DNA of 64,000 nucleotides from Nymphaea colorata. Taxonomy: Eukaryota. The notes under the pieces are model-generated. The model saw nothing but the letters and a program-made list of their open reading frames with translations, was not told where the DNA came from and did not search any database. The stretch's first letter is position 1. Each line of letters opens with the position of its first letter. A program made the translations under genes and the position numbers. The DNA lies in NCBI RefSeq assembly GCF_008831285.2, contig NC_045138.2, positions 29,264,001 to 29,328,000 of the forward strand, in the 5' to 3' direction. This document shows positions 49,883-64,000 of this stretch, in pieces.

Positions 49883-52800
49883 ACTTCCCTCACAGACACC
49901 CGAAGTCAACCAGATTTCACGAGGGGCTTGACTTCCGCAACTGGACCAAAATGATTCTCCATCGTCAACTTCCTCGAAACTTTCTTTGTCGTATTCGAGA
50001 GGGCTTTTATGTCTTTTCCTAGCGACATGGAGTTACGAGTGCGTGACATAAGGGATTCGGTTCCCATGAAATGACCGAACTCTCACACCCTCTTCCCCGA
50101 AAAGACGGACCAGTCTTCCTACGCCGACCGTTGCTTCTCGGGGTTAAACTGTCTTTTCCTCTAGAGAAGAAGAGAGCCGACGATGGAAAGAGCGAAGAGC
50201 CGTGATACGATGAGGGCGTGCCTGACAGAGTGCGAAAATCGGACGCAAACATTTCCTCATCGGATAATAAAAGCGAGGGAGAAGAAGAAAGAGCGGCGGT
50301 CCTCCGCCACCCATCTTTCAAACGCTCCAATTTTGGTATAGAACATACGTTGGACTGACATTAATGCGCATTGCGCACCTTACCCTATGTTTAATTTATA
50401 TTCTATTTTATGGATGTCCCCAAGTAAGAGGACTCAAGAGACATATTGCCAAGTCAATTTCTATGGACGTTATATTCATGTGCCACATAATGCGAAGCAT
50501 GGTATCGAAATAAAGGTCGAATATCATTTCTTAGAAAAATGACACAGCCTTAACACAAATACTGAAGAAATCATGTCTTGTTCAACTAAAAGGCATTGAA
50601 CCATGTGGATGGAGCGCTCGTATAAAGTGATCGCAACATGAGTACGAGTATGTGAGGCTTGTGCGCATGCGAGCATACCTCAGATGCGCAAGTCATGAAA
50701 AGTTTGGAGCCGTAAAACAGTAGACTGTTTATCTATTGACCGCAAGACTTATGCTCTCATCGACACGTCCGCTTGTCTTGCGTGGGGAACTTTGATCTTG
50801 ATGCCATGCTGCTCCAATCGGCGTATCATGAGTCGACATCATGATGATATCGTGGTGATGTTGATCACGATGACATACCTCCAGCGGGACCGTCGACATG
50901 GTACATGCACTAGATAGTCCCGCATGAGGAGCTCGTCATGTTGCATGTTGCCATGAACGGAATAAATATGATGGCATGAGATGTGGATGCTCCTGTAGCA
51001 ACTTTATAGTAGATTAGGTTTTAATTAAAGAAAAAAAGTTAGAATCAAGGCAACCAATTATTTAGAATTTCTTTTTATAAGTTTTTTAAGATTAACAATA
51101 AATTTTTAATATGAGACTATACTCCCTTTAGATCATATACATCTTTGATTCTCTAGGTGTATGACCTAAGTGTTAAATCATATTTTGATCACTTTTGAAC
51201 TTGAGTATTTGGTTTGATGGATCTCAACTCACTTTTTAACAGTTTCAGTTTCGATAAAAAAAATTAAGAACCAAGACAACCAACTACTTTTAACTATCTT
51301 TTTATAAACTATTAACAAACTTTTACAATTTTTAAATGCAAGACTAAACTTTTGAATGTCACACTGGAGAGAATTATCCATATCATGATAAATTGCTCAT
51401 GCAAAAGATGGGACCATTGCGCTTTTTCTAGAGGTTAGGGTAGAGTGGGCTCACCGGAGGATGGATGGTCATGGACCACGGGGTTTAAGGAATGACAATC
51501 CATTCCATATTTATGTAGGTGAATGGTGATGGTGGGCTCGCCTCCCCCTCCCCCAAAAAAGCGAGCTGCCTTTCTTACCAGTCAATCTCCATCTCCCCAG
51601 CTCAGCCTTTGCCCAGCAGGCCTTGTGGCTCCATTGCAGCCACACGTCACCTACATCCACATCAATACCAACATACAAATTTATCCACACCAAACTCACA
51701 TCTCCACGTCTCTCTCTCTTTACGATTCAACTCTTTCTTGAAAAGTGACAAGACCTGCACAAAAGTTTCAAGTTGAAAGAAGAATCAGTAAAACCAATCT
51801 CATATTAAGTTTGATTTTTGGGTGTTTTCTCTTCCCAAAGTTTCATGGATCTGGATCAGTAAGTGGGGAGGGTGGATGTCCATTAAAAAAGACAAAGAAA
51901 AGCATGAGTGAGGAGTCGTGACTAAACAAAGCAGATAAAAATCAAGTTCCAGAATGAAACTGATGGGAGCCACTTTTCTTATATGATATAGGACATATGC
52001 ATTCTCTTATGCACTCTTCAATCCATCTGACTCCTCCTACACACTTAGACAATCCATGGCTATTAATCTTATTTTATCTCTCTGCTCGTTTTACATTAAA
52101 TAGTAGTAGATGATGGGAGATGGAGATTAGCCTGGGTGCCTGTTCGTAGCCGCTAATCAAAGTTATTTTTTTCCTCCAATATGATAGTGTATATGTATAT
52201 ATATATATATATACACACACACACGTTTGTTTAGATTTTTATTCTAAAAGTTACATAGAATTGGGCGTATATTGGGTGCAATTATTTTTTAGATGACTAA
52301 ACACTTTCAACATTTATCAACTTCTTGTGATTCAAAAGTTGATCTCTACCAAACCAACCATGCATGTAGACCATCTTCATATAAGTTCGTATTTGGACAT
52401 AAACTAGCCAGGAAATGACTTAAAATTTAAATTATTGCATACTTTCATATTCATATATGCTTTTTAAGTAGGTAAATAATATTTTAATGAAATGATTTTT
52501 CAGAGATTGAATTCTTTTTTTCTCGTTGTACTAGTCAATATGTGTACCGTAATTGCCGTTCATCATCAATGTCAATTCAAAACAAATACAGACTTCAAAC
52601 GTAGACATGGTAAATTATAGACATACGCACTCAAAATCTTATTATGAACTAGACGTTTAAGAAAAAGAAGAAGAAGAAACTGTTGCTGTAGTTTTCATTT
52701 CATTTTCTAACTTCCTGCGATTCAGTGGTACACTTTTGTCCTCATCAGTGACGCCACAGCTAAAATTTTGCTGAGAAAAACGTCCTCCCCATCATATGAA

Positions 52801-55697
52801 CTCTGAAAGAAGTCGGCTAACAGCCACCCCGAAGAAAAATACTTCTTTATAAAAGGGTCTCCTGTTCATTGCCTTTACAGGTCACAAGATGAATCTCCAC
52901 ACATAATTCTCACAACTTTTTGAGGTCAGCCAAATGGGGAACTACCCAGCTGGGGAATTGCTCTAAAGGAAGACAAAAAGGGTCCTACTGCTTTATGATA
53001 TTTTATCTCAAACACTTTGTTTTCTTTTGTTTGTTTTATTGAAAGGTAAACTGCAGAAGAAGTAAAGAACTTACATCAGTTCAGATATTGGGAACAGGAT
53101 GTCTCTTTCTCGACAAAAACGTATAGCAGGATATTAGCTGGAACTAATGAGAGGGAAGGTACACAATTGACAGTTTTGTTTACAGATCACATATCATCAA
53201 GTCCAGTGGGAGTCTGGTGTGCATCAACAAGAGGACGAGCGGCGTCATGACCTCTAAATTGTTTGGTACTTGAAAAAAATGGAGTCTTCATCATCATGGT
53301 AGGTATCTTTTCCTTTTCCTGGAGGAAACTATTGCAAGTGCTGCCAGTGGGTGTTTGAGTTGCCTTGCTGCATCAAAGGCCAATTGTTTTGGATCTCTTA
53401 AACTTTGGCAGTCTCAGAAACTCGTGTTATTCAAATAACTATGATGTATTTTTACTCATAATCATAAATAATGTCTCGGAGTTTTAAACGATAAGGTTTT
53501 TCTCGAGTATAATACGGTGAACTTAAAAAAATAAAAAAAAAATATGATAAATTTTAAAAAAAATTAAAAAACTAAAAATTGGAGAAAAGTAAAATAAATG
53601 AAAAGTTAATAATACAAACATCAAAAGATAAGTAGATTTGCAACAAATAAAAAATAAAAAGTGAAAAAAAAAAGCTGTTTGGCATTAAAAAAACTGAAAA
53701 AAGTGAAACAAAAAACACGAAAAAACGTATTTTAACGTGTTTTTTCGTTCTTAACATTTTTTTAAAAAAAAGATGTTTCTTTAAAGTTTTAAACGGTCAT
53801 TTAATTTATCGCATTTTTTCGGGCTTTTTTGGAGAAAAAACGTGCTTTCTATTACTATAAATTTACTACAGTTGAATTAGTTGATGTTTGGGGCGAGTAG
53901 TGCCAAGTCAGACTCAAGTTCTAACTTGCTCAAATCTTGACTGATGGCCGGATTTGTGGGCAATCTGAGCTGACTCGAGCAATCCCCAAGTCAACCCAAC
54001 AAGTCTGCCAACTATGATTAAGAGCGTATTCGGTGTGAAAGACATGTTTTTTCTTGAAAGACAAGATTGCTGTAGATTATCACAAACAATTGGATCATGC
54101 CAAACACGTTATAAAAGTCAGTCAGATTCATAAAGGGAATGAATTTTAAAAAAATATATATCAATTAACGTGCAATTTTTTATTTGTTCATTTTACACCT
54201 GGTGCATGTCTCTATGCATACAGAACAGAACAGGAACAATGGACAAATTTTTATTTTGTTTATTAATTCAATCTTCCAAAGACAACTTATCCGGCCAACA
54301 AACGCAATAAATAATTGAAAGAGGCTTATTTATTTTAAATTCATTTATTGGGTTGTCGAGCAAAAGGATGCAAGGTGGTGGACCAACCTGTTTGAATTGC
54401 TGGTTGGGACTAGGCTCAGTAATTATCTTGGTCGAGAGACACAGCTGGGCATGAGACGATAAAAGCAACCCAACCGACATTGAACACTTGCAAGATATAT
54501 TCTGCATTAATTTATTGCCAATAAGCTCTGGGAGAAGCCCCACTTTGGATCAAAAACTTGTTCTTCCTCCATGGTTTTGTTAACATGAGTGGACCGAAAT
54601 AATCAGATCAACCGATAGCCAAAGGAATGTTCACAGAGTTTGCAATGAGAGAGGGAGAGATAGAGATAGAAAGCCGATAAAATGAAAATGCATAATAAAA
54701 TTTGTGAACAAGAAGTCTACTAGATGTGAGAGATAAACAAAGAAAGAAGAAGAACTGTGCCTACCCAATATTTTGCCTACTACTTCATGGGTTGCGCAGG
54801 TGTCTTTGTTCCAAATAAGTAGAGCACAGCAGCGGCAGAGCCACACGAGGGGCATGTGTCATGTGTGGGCAACTGCCTACACAGCCCTATGGGTTCTAAA
54901 CTGGAAATGAGGCTGGACCTAGTTCTATCTATATGAGGCGCCCCACACTATAGCCAGGTCCCCAAGTCTATGATTTTTGTTTAATTTTGAATCAATCACC
55001 ATCAGGCACGCTAGAGGCAGGTGTAGGCAAAGCCCAAAAAATTTTTTATTCATATTGTCATTTAGGCCCAGTTTGATATCAAGGTGAAATTTGGAACATT
55101 AAAGTTACCATGAAAAAAAAAATCCATGATAAAAAGTTGAACCTCAGAGAGTTCAACTTTTTTGTAGGGTAAAATTACCCAGTTTTATCTAATTTAGCAT
55201 GGTATTTTTTTTTTGTGTGGTTTGAAAAAGAAAAGTCGTCCAAAAACTTACAATTTCTCTCAATGTACAGTAAAATTTTTGTGACGGGGTCTTATAGTTA
55301 ACTTTTCTCATTTATACATTAGTTCCCCCTTAAAAGTTCAAAATTTTATCCATAGTGCCCCTTAACGGGCTACAGTCCCCGTTCTCCTGGGGCTCAGCCA
55401 CTGAAGCACAATGGGCAAATGTAATTTGAATTTGGAAAAAAAAAATCAATCTTTATTTCTCTAAATGAGAAATTTATTTTTCATTAAACCCTAACACATA
55501 GGATTTGACTTTCGCAATAAAAACATTCACACAATGTTCCATGAATTTATCCTAAAGATTGAGCAGGTCATGAAATACGATATTACATTGTTTCATGAAT
55601 TTACTCAATCTATGAGCCAGACTTAGTTTCATCAAACACAACTATTGTCAAACACCCCCAAAGAGAAAGTACGAAAGACAGTGCAGATGAGAATAAA

Positions 55698-56090
55698 TAG
55701 GGATGTCAATGGATTAGGTTCAAACCGAATGTATTCTTAGTCATATCTGTTTTTTAGGATATTCACATATTCAGATTTGAAATCAGACTTGAGCGTATAA
55801 AAAAAAAAGTCCATAACATGAATTAGGAAACTGATTTCTTGATTCAAATCTGATTTTTAAATTCACATTGAAACCCGAATCTGAATTTTAAACTGAATCT
55901 GGCCGGACTTTCAAAATATAGGGGCATATCTATTTAAGAACTAAATTGTTCGAATCAAAATGGATGTCATTTCTTAAATCTAAATCCTATCTGACTTTTT
56001 AATCAGATACTAAATGTTTTTTCAAATCCAACTATGTTGGAATGCTTTAGGTTGGATATCGAATCCAAATAGAATATACTAACATCCCTA
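55698..56090. mobile_element. hAT-like MITE with TAGGGATGT terminal inverted repeats
   Basis: TAGGGATGT...ACATCCCTA with many internal (G/A)AATC(C/T)GA-type subterminal motifs. TSD not preserved. Confidence 0.65.
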
Positions 56091-56923
56091 GCACATCATT
56101 TACTTCTTCAAAGGTTTTTGCGATCGAGAGAAGTAAATCCTCTTAAACTATAAAGCCTCAATCAAATGGAACCTGGTGCAAGGACTAAAAAAAGGTTACT
56201 GTTTCTATAAAGTCCATTAATTCCAGCCTGAGTTTCAATTCTTTTTAGTTGTTCTGAGTCAAACCAGTTGCACCCTTGTTAGATTTTTCCCCAGTTCATG
56301 TCATAGCTGAGTTAAATCGATACCTGATCTGAATAACTCTGAGTACATTTTCCTCCATTCTCAACATATTAATGTGCATTTAAGTTTCATCATTCACAAC
56401 ATAGTCTGGTAAATTTTCTCTTGAAAAAATCTCTCTTCTTTGTCAGAGCCGATTAATTAAGTGATTAATCCAAATTCAGTTAAGCAATGAGTTAAATCTG
56501 ACCTATTAATATCACTATCCCTCTGACTCAACACATTGCGTCAGAACCGACAGGTATGACTCTCTCTGGTCACTGCCTGAGATTAGTACGTAGTTGTTTG
56601 GCTACCCGAAGGAGTTGCTGGCGATTATGAATTTTCAATTCATTATAAACTGAAGATGGATTACTAATTGTAATATGTTATCAAGTTGAACACATGAGAT
56701 TAATTATTGTGCTAACATGTATATTTAATATATACGAACGAAACTGTTGCTGAAGTTTATTTTTATGTTCTCGTGATGCATGCGCAGGTTGTGACCCAAT
56801 CAATGTTTAAAAGAAAAGCATACCATGTGATATATTAATAAAAGTGAACCCATCCTTCGACATAGCAAATAATTTTTTAAACTAGTTCTTTCGTGGGCGA
56901 ATATACACACGCGCGCATGTATG

Positions 56924-56957
<34 letters not shown>

Positions 56958-57679
56958 GGTGTGTGTGAATTGAAATCAGTCAACTACCTCTATAGTTTAA
57001 GGTCAGATGGTCATTTCTTTATTTTGTGTCACTCAAAACCACCACAAAAAGTGCATTTCGTCACTAAATACCATGGCCAATCAATTAGCCAACATAAATA
57101 CACATTAAGGTTTTTGTGACATAAAATTAAAAAAAAAATTATGTGCTCACAGAGGTAGTTGGCTTGACCGGCCTGATATGCATACATCATTTCTCACGTA
57201 AAGAAACTGTCACTTTTCATAAATAAACACGGTAAACTATTCTTATAAAAATAACATAATTAATAATGACACATGAATTTTTTTTAATAGATTATTAATT
57301 TTTAGTCATCAAGTAAGCATCATGAATTATATTATTAATATAAAAGAATAATTCATTTTTATGTTATTTAATTGATAAAACACTTCCGATGCAACGCTGC
57401 TGGGAGATGGGTCTCCCTACCTTCGTTGCTTAAAGAATCAAAGAATTACAGAAAACCATAGAAACAGGAAACACCAAAAACACAGTGGAGTAACCTACTG
57501 ACTGTAATTGGTTAGCCACTCACAATAACAATTTACATCAATTCTCTTCATCAAAAGAGGAGATCATCTCTAGTTGCTAACCACTTATACACTATCTTTT
57601 TTTCAAGTCATTCAGTCATATTAATTATACAACTTATAAATGTAGCCCTGAAAATATTTCTTAGTTCTTATACTTTAAA

Positions 57680-57727
<48 letters not shown>

Positions 57728-58041
57728 TAATGCAGTCAAGTTCCTATTTTGTTTCATAGAGAAATAACTGTAAGGACAATGATCTTCATGTTCGAAAGGT
57801 TAAGAATTAAGAGAATCTCATTTTGTCAGATATCTTAAACTTATTCTAAGAATAAAAAATTCAATAGCTTGAGTTTCATCAGCAACCTATAAAATCATAA
57901 AGCTCCGCAAAAACATAATATTTTGTTTTTGATACTCCATTGTATTGAAAACGTGAGGATCCTATTTGTAGGATGGTTAGTTCTGCAGCTCATAATAGAA
58001 ATGATTTAGAGAGTATTGCCACACAATGTCATATATATATA

Positions 58042-58102
<61 letters not shown>

Positions 58103-59872
58103 GAATGGTGACTTTTAGCTTTTCAAAGTCATTCAACCATCTAACCAAATTCGTCCAATTTAATTTAACATGATGGACACATCTATCTCTTGGGTATTTT
58201 TTTTCTTTTCCGATGACGATTTGGCTCTAACTTAGGAGATGCATGTTTACCATGCATGTGCTATTATAATTCAGTCGGTGCAGGTCTTTTGTTACTGTGT
58301 ATTGAAGAACATATCCTCATTGCTTCAGTTTTACAGACCAGGAATCCCTATTGAACTGTAAACCTCTTTTCTGTTTTTTGCTTGCACATTCTTGAGTTAA
58401 GTCACGCCATCTTGCCAGATGTGCAATTGTAAAGCCTGGCTCAAACTTAGGGGCCTCATGTAATTGGGGCACTTCTTTGGTGCACAAGATAAAAGGAAGA
58501 GAACAAATGAGCACACTCCTATAGTTCTCAGTTGATTCTGACATCCACACCCCGCCGGAACTTAATGGTTCTCCCAAGTCAGGTGTGTATGGAAAAAATG
58601 TGTGTTTATCTATGTGTCTGCTATATATATACATCGGATGTTGCCAAATGGCTAAAAGTTAAAAATTTATTATTAAAAGCACCATGAATTAAAGACATCA
58701 TGAACCATTATTGTGATTTATGCTCATGTGATAGTTGTTTTATAGTGACAAATTTTCTATTTTTAATGATCCAGTAACATCTAATATATAGCAACATACA
58801 ACTGACTAAAAATTAAAAAAATTGTTGGTAAAAGCAATCAATAAAAGAGCATTAACAACAGTTTATCGTGTGACAACAGTTCGTGATGCTTTTAGCAAGA
58901 GGCCATATAGTGCTGGTTTTTGAATTTAACCATGTAGCAGCATGGCAGGAAAGAGAGAGACCCTTTTTGTCCTTGCAATGTCAAACTACTTTTCTTTTCT
59001 TAATTGAGATCCTCACCTTATATGTTGGCCAGCGACTTAGACTACATGGTTAAAAACTACACTTTGAAATTGCAACGTGAAACTTTTAAACTAAGAGGCA
59101 CAAGGTTTAAAACTATACCTTCAAATTGTAGGTAAGATTGATCAAATATACATGGGGGCGTACCCACTCCCAGCCGTAGTTGAACCAACAGCTTGACCAT
59201 TTGTTCCATGGTTCCTTGGAATGTAAAATCAAATTCAAGCCCTCGTTGGTTTCTCGGGAATTAATTCACACATTTTCTGGCGTTCGCCCATTTTCCAGGA
59301 TATCCTGTCTTCACTTCCCCGTCTTTACTTGTTAGGTGCAGGAAAAACTCTGACGGGAAGGACAGCTTGGTCCGCGAATCTTGCTCAAACACTGGATATA
59401 TCTGTGACGTTCATGATTGACTACGGTTGTCTGTCGGGAAAAAGAAACTATTCACCCTGCAAGGATGGTCCATTTGGAAAGGGGTAAAAAAACTGATCTA
59501 CTGCATGGTTGTCTGCTGGAAAAACAAAATAAATTTAAGCCTCCAAGCATTAACACATATTTCCACGGATAAACAATGTCCGTAGAATGATCATTATGTA
59601 CAAATTAAGAAGTAATCACAAACTGAAATTAATAAGATCCAAATCAAATAGATTTAGGTTCAGTTGATCCGTAGCAAGTTACAATCAAGTAAAGACTACC
59701 CTGATTAGCAAAGTTATCCCAACTCATAGTGCATGAAAATGCCTGCCCCACACCCACCAGGAAAGCAAGAATTGACTGCCAATCAATGCCTTTAGAAAGT
59801 TGATGTTCGAATGCAACGCAAATCTGATGATCATTTGTATTAATAGCAAAGCAATTGGAAGAAGAAGGTCGC

Positions 59873-62800
59873 TTATGGTTCAATGGCATCCGCGGACATA
59901 GCTGTGCCTTCAAGGATTTCAGGAAAAGGGATCAAGGCACAACAATGATAATACCCATTATCATCATACGCAAACCTCTGAGATAAGTGCGCTTCACGAA
60001 TCAGATATTCACCCCAGTCTTCAGATCCATATTGCTTGATGATGGAGCGTGCATCAAATGAATCGTGTCTTCTGCTATTCTTCCTGAACAGTTTTGACAG
60101 CTTCAAATACCGCTCAAGAAAATTTTTTTCCATCCAAAGATGAGAACTAGGGAGGGAACTCACCCTTTCCTGTGCCTCACGTTCATTACCGTTGCATGCA
60201 GCTGAAATTAAAATGAGAAAAGTCGTATGCGATACCGTAGACAATTTGTCGGGGATTTACAGAAAAACATCAGGAAGGAGGATGAATAAAGGGAATTTAA
60301 TCAGGTAAATTTATATATAAACAGGAAATTAGTTTGCTAATTTAACCCTACTCTCAGAATAGACTGGCAGATCACAGAGTGCAGTCACAATGGAAGGCAA
60401 ATAAGACTGGATCTAACACGATACCTTCAATTTTCTGTTGTCCTTCTCAATAACAAGACCAGCTTCATCATATGCATCGATAATGACTTCTAGTAAAGCT
60501 CAGGAATCCATCAGACTTTCCACGTTGCTGACGTGCAAGTAAAAGCTTTCAGAATATTTAATCTAATGCACTATTTGCTAAATTGTTACTTCAAATATTT
60601 TGGATACGACAGGCACGTAGCAAGCGCTCCTCTCCATCAATTACCTCAACAGGTGCATATAGGACACCAGCTATTGATGGTGACCCTTTCATGCAAGTCT
60701 GCAAAGATGGCTCATCAATATTTCCATATATTCTGCATGTTAAAATGACAAACTACTTACCAGGCCTTTTAATCGTATAGAAATGGGGCGACCCTCCAAA
60801 GCATCCCACACACTCGAGGACACTTTCTGAACATGACAGAAAACAGTATCAGAAGATTGAGTATTCAATGAGTCCTTGCATGGAGCTACCATAAGGATTT
60901 AAACCTGCAAAACATCTATGGCTGTAGCAACACGGTCCTTGTTCCACAATTTCAGCATGAGAACGGTTAAATGAAAAGTTTTTGGCTTGATGAAAATTGA
61001 CTGGTCAATGCGCAAATCTGCAGAGACAAAATAGCACGTCCATCTGTAATTTGAGCATGATGTGGATTCCAAAAGAAGAAATCAGAAACACCCTGGGAGA
61101 GATAACAATGTTCAGATCCATGCAAGCTAAAGACAGTTTAGAGCTGTCTCAAATAGGTGCATTTGCTGGGGATTAATGTGTGTCCAGATGTGATGCTTTC
61201 AAAAGCTGACATACACACGCACACACATGTACCAGTATATACATTGAAATCCAATTCATAAAACATAATGTTAACAGTCAGACTGTCTATTTTGTATCGT
61301 TTGACATTTGGGGAGAACCTCCATCCATCACCTTGATCTTAAATTGGCACTTGACGGAATTAGGATATTTAACTGTCAACAAACGTGCATTTCACATTAA
61401 ACCAAAAGTTCAGGATCTTTATCTTCATCCAAGATGAATTTCAACTGCTTCCTCAATCATTTCTCGTTAAGTTTATCATTGCATACCATATTCTTGTAAA
61501 AAGACAAATGATTAGTGACTGACTAATAGCATTTAATGTTCCTTCACGAACTTCCATTTACGGGCATAATGCAGTCCAAGCCAACAGCCACGTCTCATGG
61601 GAAGGTCTCCGCAGAACTTTAACCTTGCAGCAAAGACACACCCCATGTATCAAACTCTTGAACATCCTTCAGTCTGCACGCTACAAGCTGACCCCCTACC
61701 CAGGTATACAGAACCATTGAAGCATTCGTTCAGTATATCCAATTAATTCACTAGGTGGACTGCAGCCAAATGTCATTACTTCATAGAGTTCCCTAGTTTT
61801 TACCTTCAGCCCCCTCAGTGCCTTGCCACTTGCAACCTACAAAATTTTCAATATCTTGTTTAAAAAAGTACTGTTATTGTGCAGGTTCCGTGCTTTTCCC
61901 AGACACATGAAACAGCAAATGTTTGCTTTATTGGCAGGTCAACGAAAAAAAGTATTAAACAAAACTAGTTGGGAATCTGCACAAGCACCGCATAAGCAGA
62001 TACAGAGCTTTGTCACCCATACTACAATAGGAACAACGTATGGAAAGTAGGTCTCAAATCATAATTCCATTGGTGGGCAGAGGTAAAAGAAGTATTCAGC
62101 TAATCAATAGTGAAGAATGAGAGAAATTACTTAACGTAAATGAATTAATAAGTCAACAACTGATCCTGAAGAAATAATACCCTCTGAAAAGTATGGCAGA
62201 CAGTGAGACAACTAACATGGATCATACCCATAAAAACCCTGCCCAAATAAATCTTATTATAGGCTGAATGCAGTTTACCAGATAAGCCAGAGTTTGCTAC
62301 TTGAGTTGTGTTCTTTCCAGTATGTAAGTCGTCCATCACAACTTTCACGTGTTCATTGTCATCTTGAACCTTGAGATTAACAGAAACAGTAGAACCTTCT
62401 GCCAGAGTACAAATTTTATCTTCCTCCTCTTCTGAAAAATCTTCATTCTGATCATTCTCTATGTCCCCATCTACTTGACAAGTTGAAACTCCCAAGATGG
62501 AGTTCTGAAAGTTGACTAGCTTGTCAACAAGGCTCGGATAAATAGCCAAAGGAAGAGAGACAAAATGGGAGTAATCTAGTCTTGGGCTCTTAACTGCCTG
62601 CAAGAGAAAGGTAAGTGAGGCTTGGATACAGATCTCTCACTAGCCAATCTTGCCTAATAGTAAGGTTATCACTAGCCAATCTTGCCTAATAGTAAGGCTA
62701 AAGAAAATTTATTACATGCAGGACACTAAAAGATGCAAGTTCAAACGTAATATCATTTAAGAAAGTTAATTTGATAATAGAAACTTAGCAACATATATAG

Positions 62801-62967
62801 TTAGGTTGAAGTAGATGAGTCTTGCAATTGTAATAAAAAATATGATTGCAGACATAGTGAAGCAAAAAAAAAACATCACGTGGAAGGAGACTGACTGACC
62901 TCATCAAGTAAAGCTTTAATCCTTTCCATTGCCCTAGTTACGTCCTCAACAGAAGCACCTTGAACAG
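59873..62967 (-). CDS. ASCC1: ASCC1 / AKAP7-like KH + 2H-phosphoesterase (eukaryotic LigT-like) protein, 5'-partial; exons 62967-62900, 62597-62279, 61017-60905, 60826-60761, 60698-60608, 60489-60425, 60201-60164, 60083-59873
   Basis: KH C-terminal segment VQGASVEDVTRAMERIKALLDE; YSHFVSLPL; the two 2H motifs FHLTVLML and LHATVMN; C-terminal FDARSIIKQYGSEDWGEYLIREAHLSQRF...GYYHCC. Phase-consistent GT-AG introns. The 5' exons lie outside the window. Confidence 0.9.
62637..62697. repeat. 29-bp perfect tandem duplication in an ASCC1-like intron
   Basis: TCACTAGCCAATCTTGCCTAATAGTAAGG occurs twice with period 32. Confidence 0.9.
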
Positions 62968-63459
62968 CTATCAGAAAAATAGTAAAATGAAAACTGATTC
63001 ACTGATATTATGGTTGGGCCAGTGAGGGCAGATTCTAGTGGACCATATGGAGATGCAAGAGAAAACTCATCTAAGAAGTAAGGAACCAAAAAAGAGAAGC
63101 AATCAAAGCTTTAAAGCAATACCTTACTTGACAAACAAGGAATTCCAAGCCAGACTTTGTTGAGCACAATACTTCATATAATTAATAATTAGTGTCATTC
63201 GTCTCAGATCCCAGTGTTTTATTACACAACCAGATCAATAAAGGACACTGATTCCGTTGGAAATAGTGATGCATGAACAGCTTGAGCTTGACGAAAAGCT
63301 TAAACTTAGCTGGCAAAGTTATAGCATAGCAAAGTTACAGCAGAGTTTTCTCACCTGATATCACCCCAGCTGAGTTTGATTAAACCAGAATTAACTTAGC
63401 ACAAAAAATTGAATATAAGAATAAGATTTTCCTTATTTCACTGAACATGGATAAGTTAT

Positions 63460-64000
63460 TGTTAGTAACCGGTTATGGATTTGGATCGGTTCCTAATTGG
63501 GGCAGACCCAATAAGGATACAAATAGGTCGAACGCAATGAGGGAGGGATCATCGGTTAATTGAAGTCCTTTACATCTGTGTGGAAAAAACCCTAGGGCTG
63601 AGTGTGTGCATGTGGGATTGGGGTTGCTTTGTAAGGGTTCCCAAGTTAGCTGGTGGTTGCTAACAATGGTATCAAAGCCAGGTTCTGTAGAACGCAAGCG
63701 GCAGACTACAAAAGAGGTGGGAAATACGTTTGCAAGGACCAATCAGACCATGGATGGCTTGAATAAGCAGTTGCTGATCATGACAATGGAATACCGGCAG
63801 ATGCAGGAACTGCTTGAAGAATTCCTAGGTGGGAAAACAACAAGTGTTGTTGCCTCAGAGCGAGGAAGCTGTGGAAAAGTACTTGTAGATGTTTCAACGC
63901 CTTCAACAAACAAAAACATGGAAGATGATGCTTGGGCTCCAAGGACGGCACCAAACACTCCTCAAGGAGATGCATTGGGGTTCCATGGACCTGAGCATGT
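63460..64000 (+). mobile_element. 5' end of an LTR retrotransposon: 206-bp LTR 63460-63665, tRNA-iMet PBS from 63667, open gag-like ORF from 63666/63750 to the window end
   Basis: LTR termini TGTTAGTAACC...GGTTGCTAACA (10/11 inverted match) and PBS TGGTATCAAAGCC. Stop-free frame MVSKPGSVERKRQ...MDGLNKQLLIMTMEYRQMQELLEEFLGG... runs off the window. Lies antisense within the ASCC1-like intron. Confidence 0.8.

Noticed and set aside
50019..50330. 103-aa ORF upstream of the PP2C-kinase gene
   Set aside because: Non-ATG start, low-complexity Ser/Arg content, no recognisable family.

Overview
Flowering-plant nuclear DNA, judged from GT-AG introns, AT microsatellites, MITEs and plant-specific gene families; the species cannot be determined from the sequence. 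From left to right the window holds: a tandem trio of intronless ATL-type RING-H2 E3 ligase genes (one intact, two with no usable in-frame ATG); a tandem pair of 3-exon ankyrin/PGG-transmembrane genes; a TIP2 aquaporin; a composite 35.6-38.4 kb locus in which an internally deleted Ty1-copia element has its 3' LTR split by an antisense, stop-interrupted 5' fragment of a DUF863 host gene; a 15-exon PP2C + cNMP-binding + pseudokinase gene; and the 3' exons of an ASCC1/AKAP7-like KH + 2H-phosphoesterase gene with an LTR retrotransposon entering its intron at the right edge. The most unusual observations are a ~220-nt fold-back whose perfect 19-bp stem spells the copia reverse-transcriptase motif NAFLHG, lying ~430 bp from the deleted copia, and the host-gene capture inside that element's LTR. 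Exon boundaries were read by eye and checked for phase consistency. No database searches or folding computations were run.
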